Positions 31,928 through 31,976 of a stretch of DNA of 31,976 bases are shown in pieces. The DNA is taken from positions 1 through 31,976 of the IMG/VR virus record IMGVR_UViG_3300012346_000177; one strand, written 5' to 3'. The notes beneath the pieces were generated by a model. The model searched no databases, was not told the origin of the DNA, and saw nothing but the letters and a program-made list of their open reading frames with translations. Position numbers and translations under genes: made by a program. Source of the DNA: a virus. Positions within the stretch are counted from its first letter, which is position 1. Each line of letters opens with the position of its first letter.

Positions 31928-31976
31928 AACAAACAACTATGAAACTAACTGCTATGCAAGACTTAATTGATGATTT
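31922..31976. repeat. Terminal direct repeat copy 2
   Basis: Identical to 1..55. Confidence 0.9.

Noticed and set aside
1-31976. Searched by eye for tRNA genes, CRISPR repeats, integrase/excisionase, CI/Cro-like repressor pairs, reverse transcriptase (DGR/retron) and toxin-antitoxin pairs
   Set aside because: None found. Intergenic gaps are too short and lack cloverleaf or regularly spaced repeat structure, and no ORF shows tyrosine/serine recombinase or RT motifs. Absence is judged from reading only; profile searches could still reveal divergent members.

Overview
The window is a complete tailed dsDNA phage genome. The first 55 bases recur verbatim as the last 55 (1..55 = 31922..31976), so the unit is 31,921 bp and the assembly is circular or circularly permuted. 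Every credible gene is on the + strand and tightly packed, with many ATGA/TAATG start-stop overlaps. I see no tRNA, CRISPR array, integrase, excisionase or CI/Cro-type repressor.

A Bacteroidota (Flavobacteriia/Bacteroidia-like) host is likely. Start codons lack Shine-Dalgarno sequences, two operons begin with TAnnTTTG '-7' promoter boxes, and DUF5522- and DUF4373-type proteins are present.

Modules in window order:
- Small early genes (31457..31927, then 18..1629).
- A chaperone-like gene with a T9 slippery tract (1562..2322).
- Tail, tape-measure and head genes (2416..11494).
- Portal, adaptor and tail fibre (11774..17143).
- Lysis cluster with an M15 endolysin (17143..19368).
- Exonuclease, MazG-like protein and GNAT (19376..20932).
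- A promoter-headed recombination/replication operon: ERF, a protein with an SSB-like tail, a DnaA-domain-IV-like protein, DUF4373, VRR-NUC, a sigma factor (21026..25967).
- A three-gene sugar-modification cassette: LpxA-like hexapeptide acyltransferase, GT2 and GT-B glycosyltransferases (26290..28443).
- HNH endonuclease, then small and large terminase (29009..31268).

The observations most worth follow-up:
- The LpxA-like/GT2/GT-B cassette in a genome with no lysogeny genes.
- A phage sigma factor translationally coupled to a small CxxC membrane protein.
- Duplicated dual-box plus promoter elements heading two operons.
- A repeat-rich 218-nt regulatory gap at 11556..11773.
- A possible -1 frameshift on the T9 tract.
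- An 82-aa protein ending in an SSB-like DDLEF tip.
- A composition break inside the tail-fibre gene.

All functional calls rest on motifs read by eye from the translations. No database search was possible.
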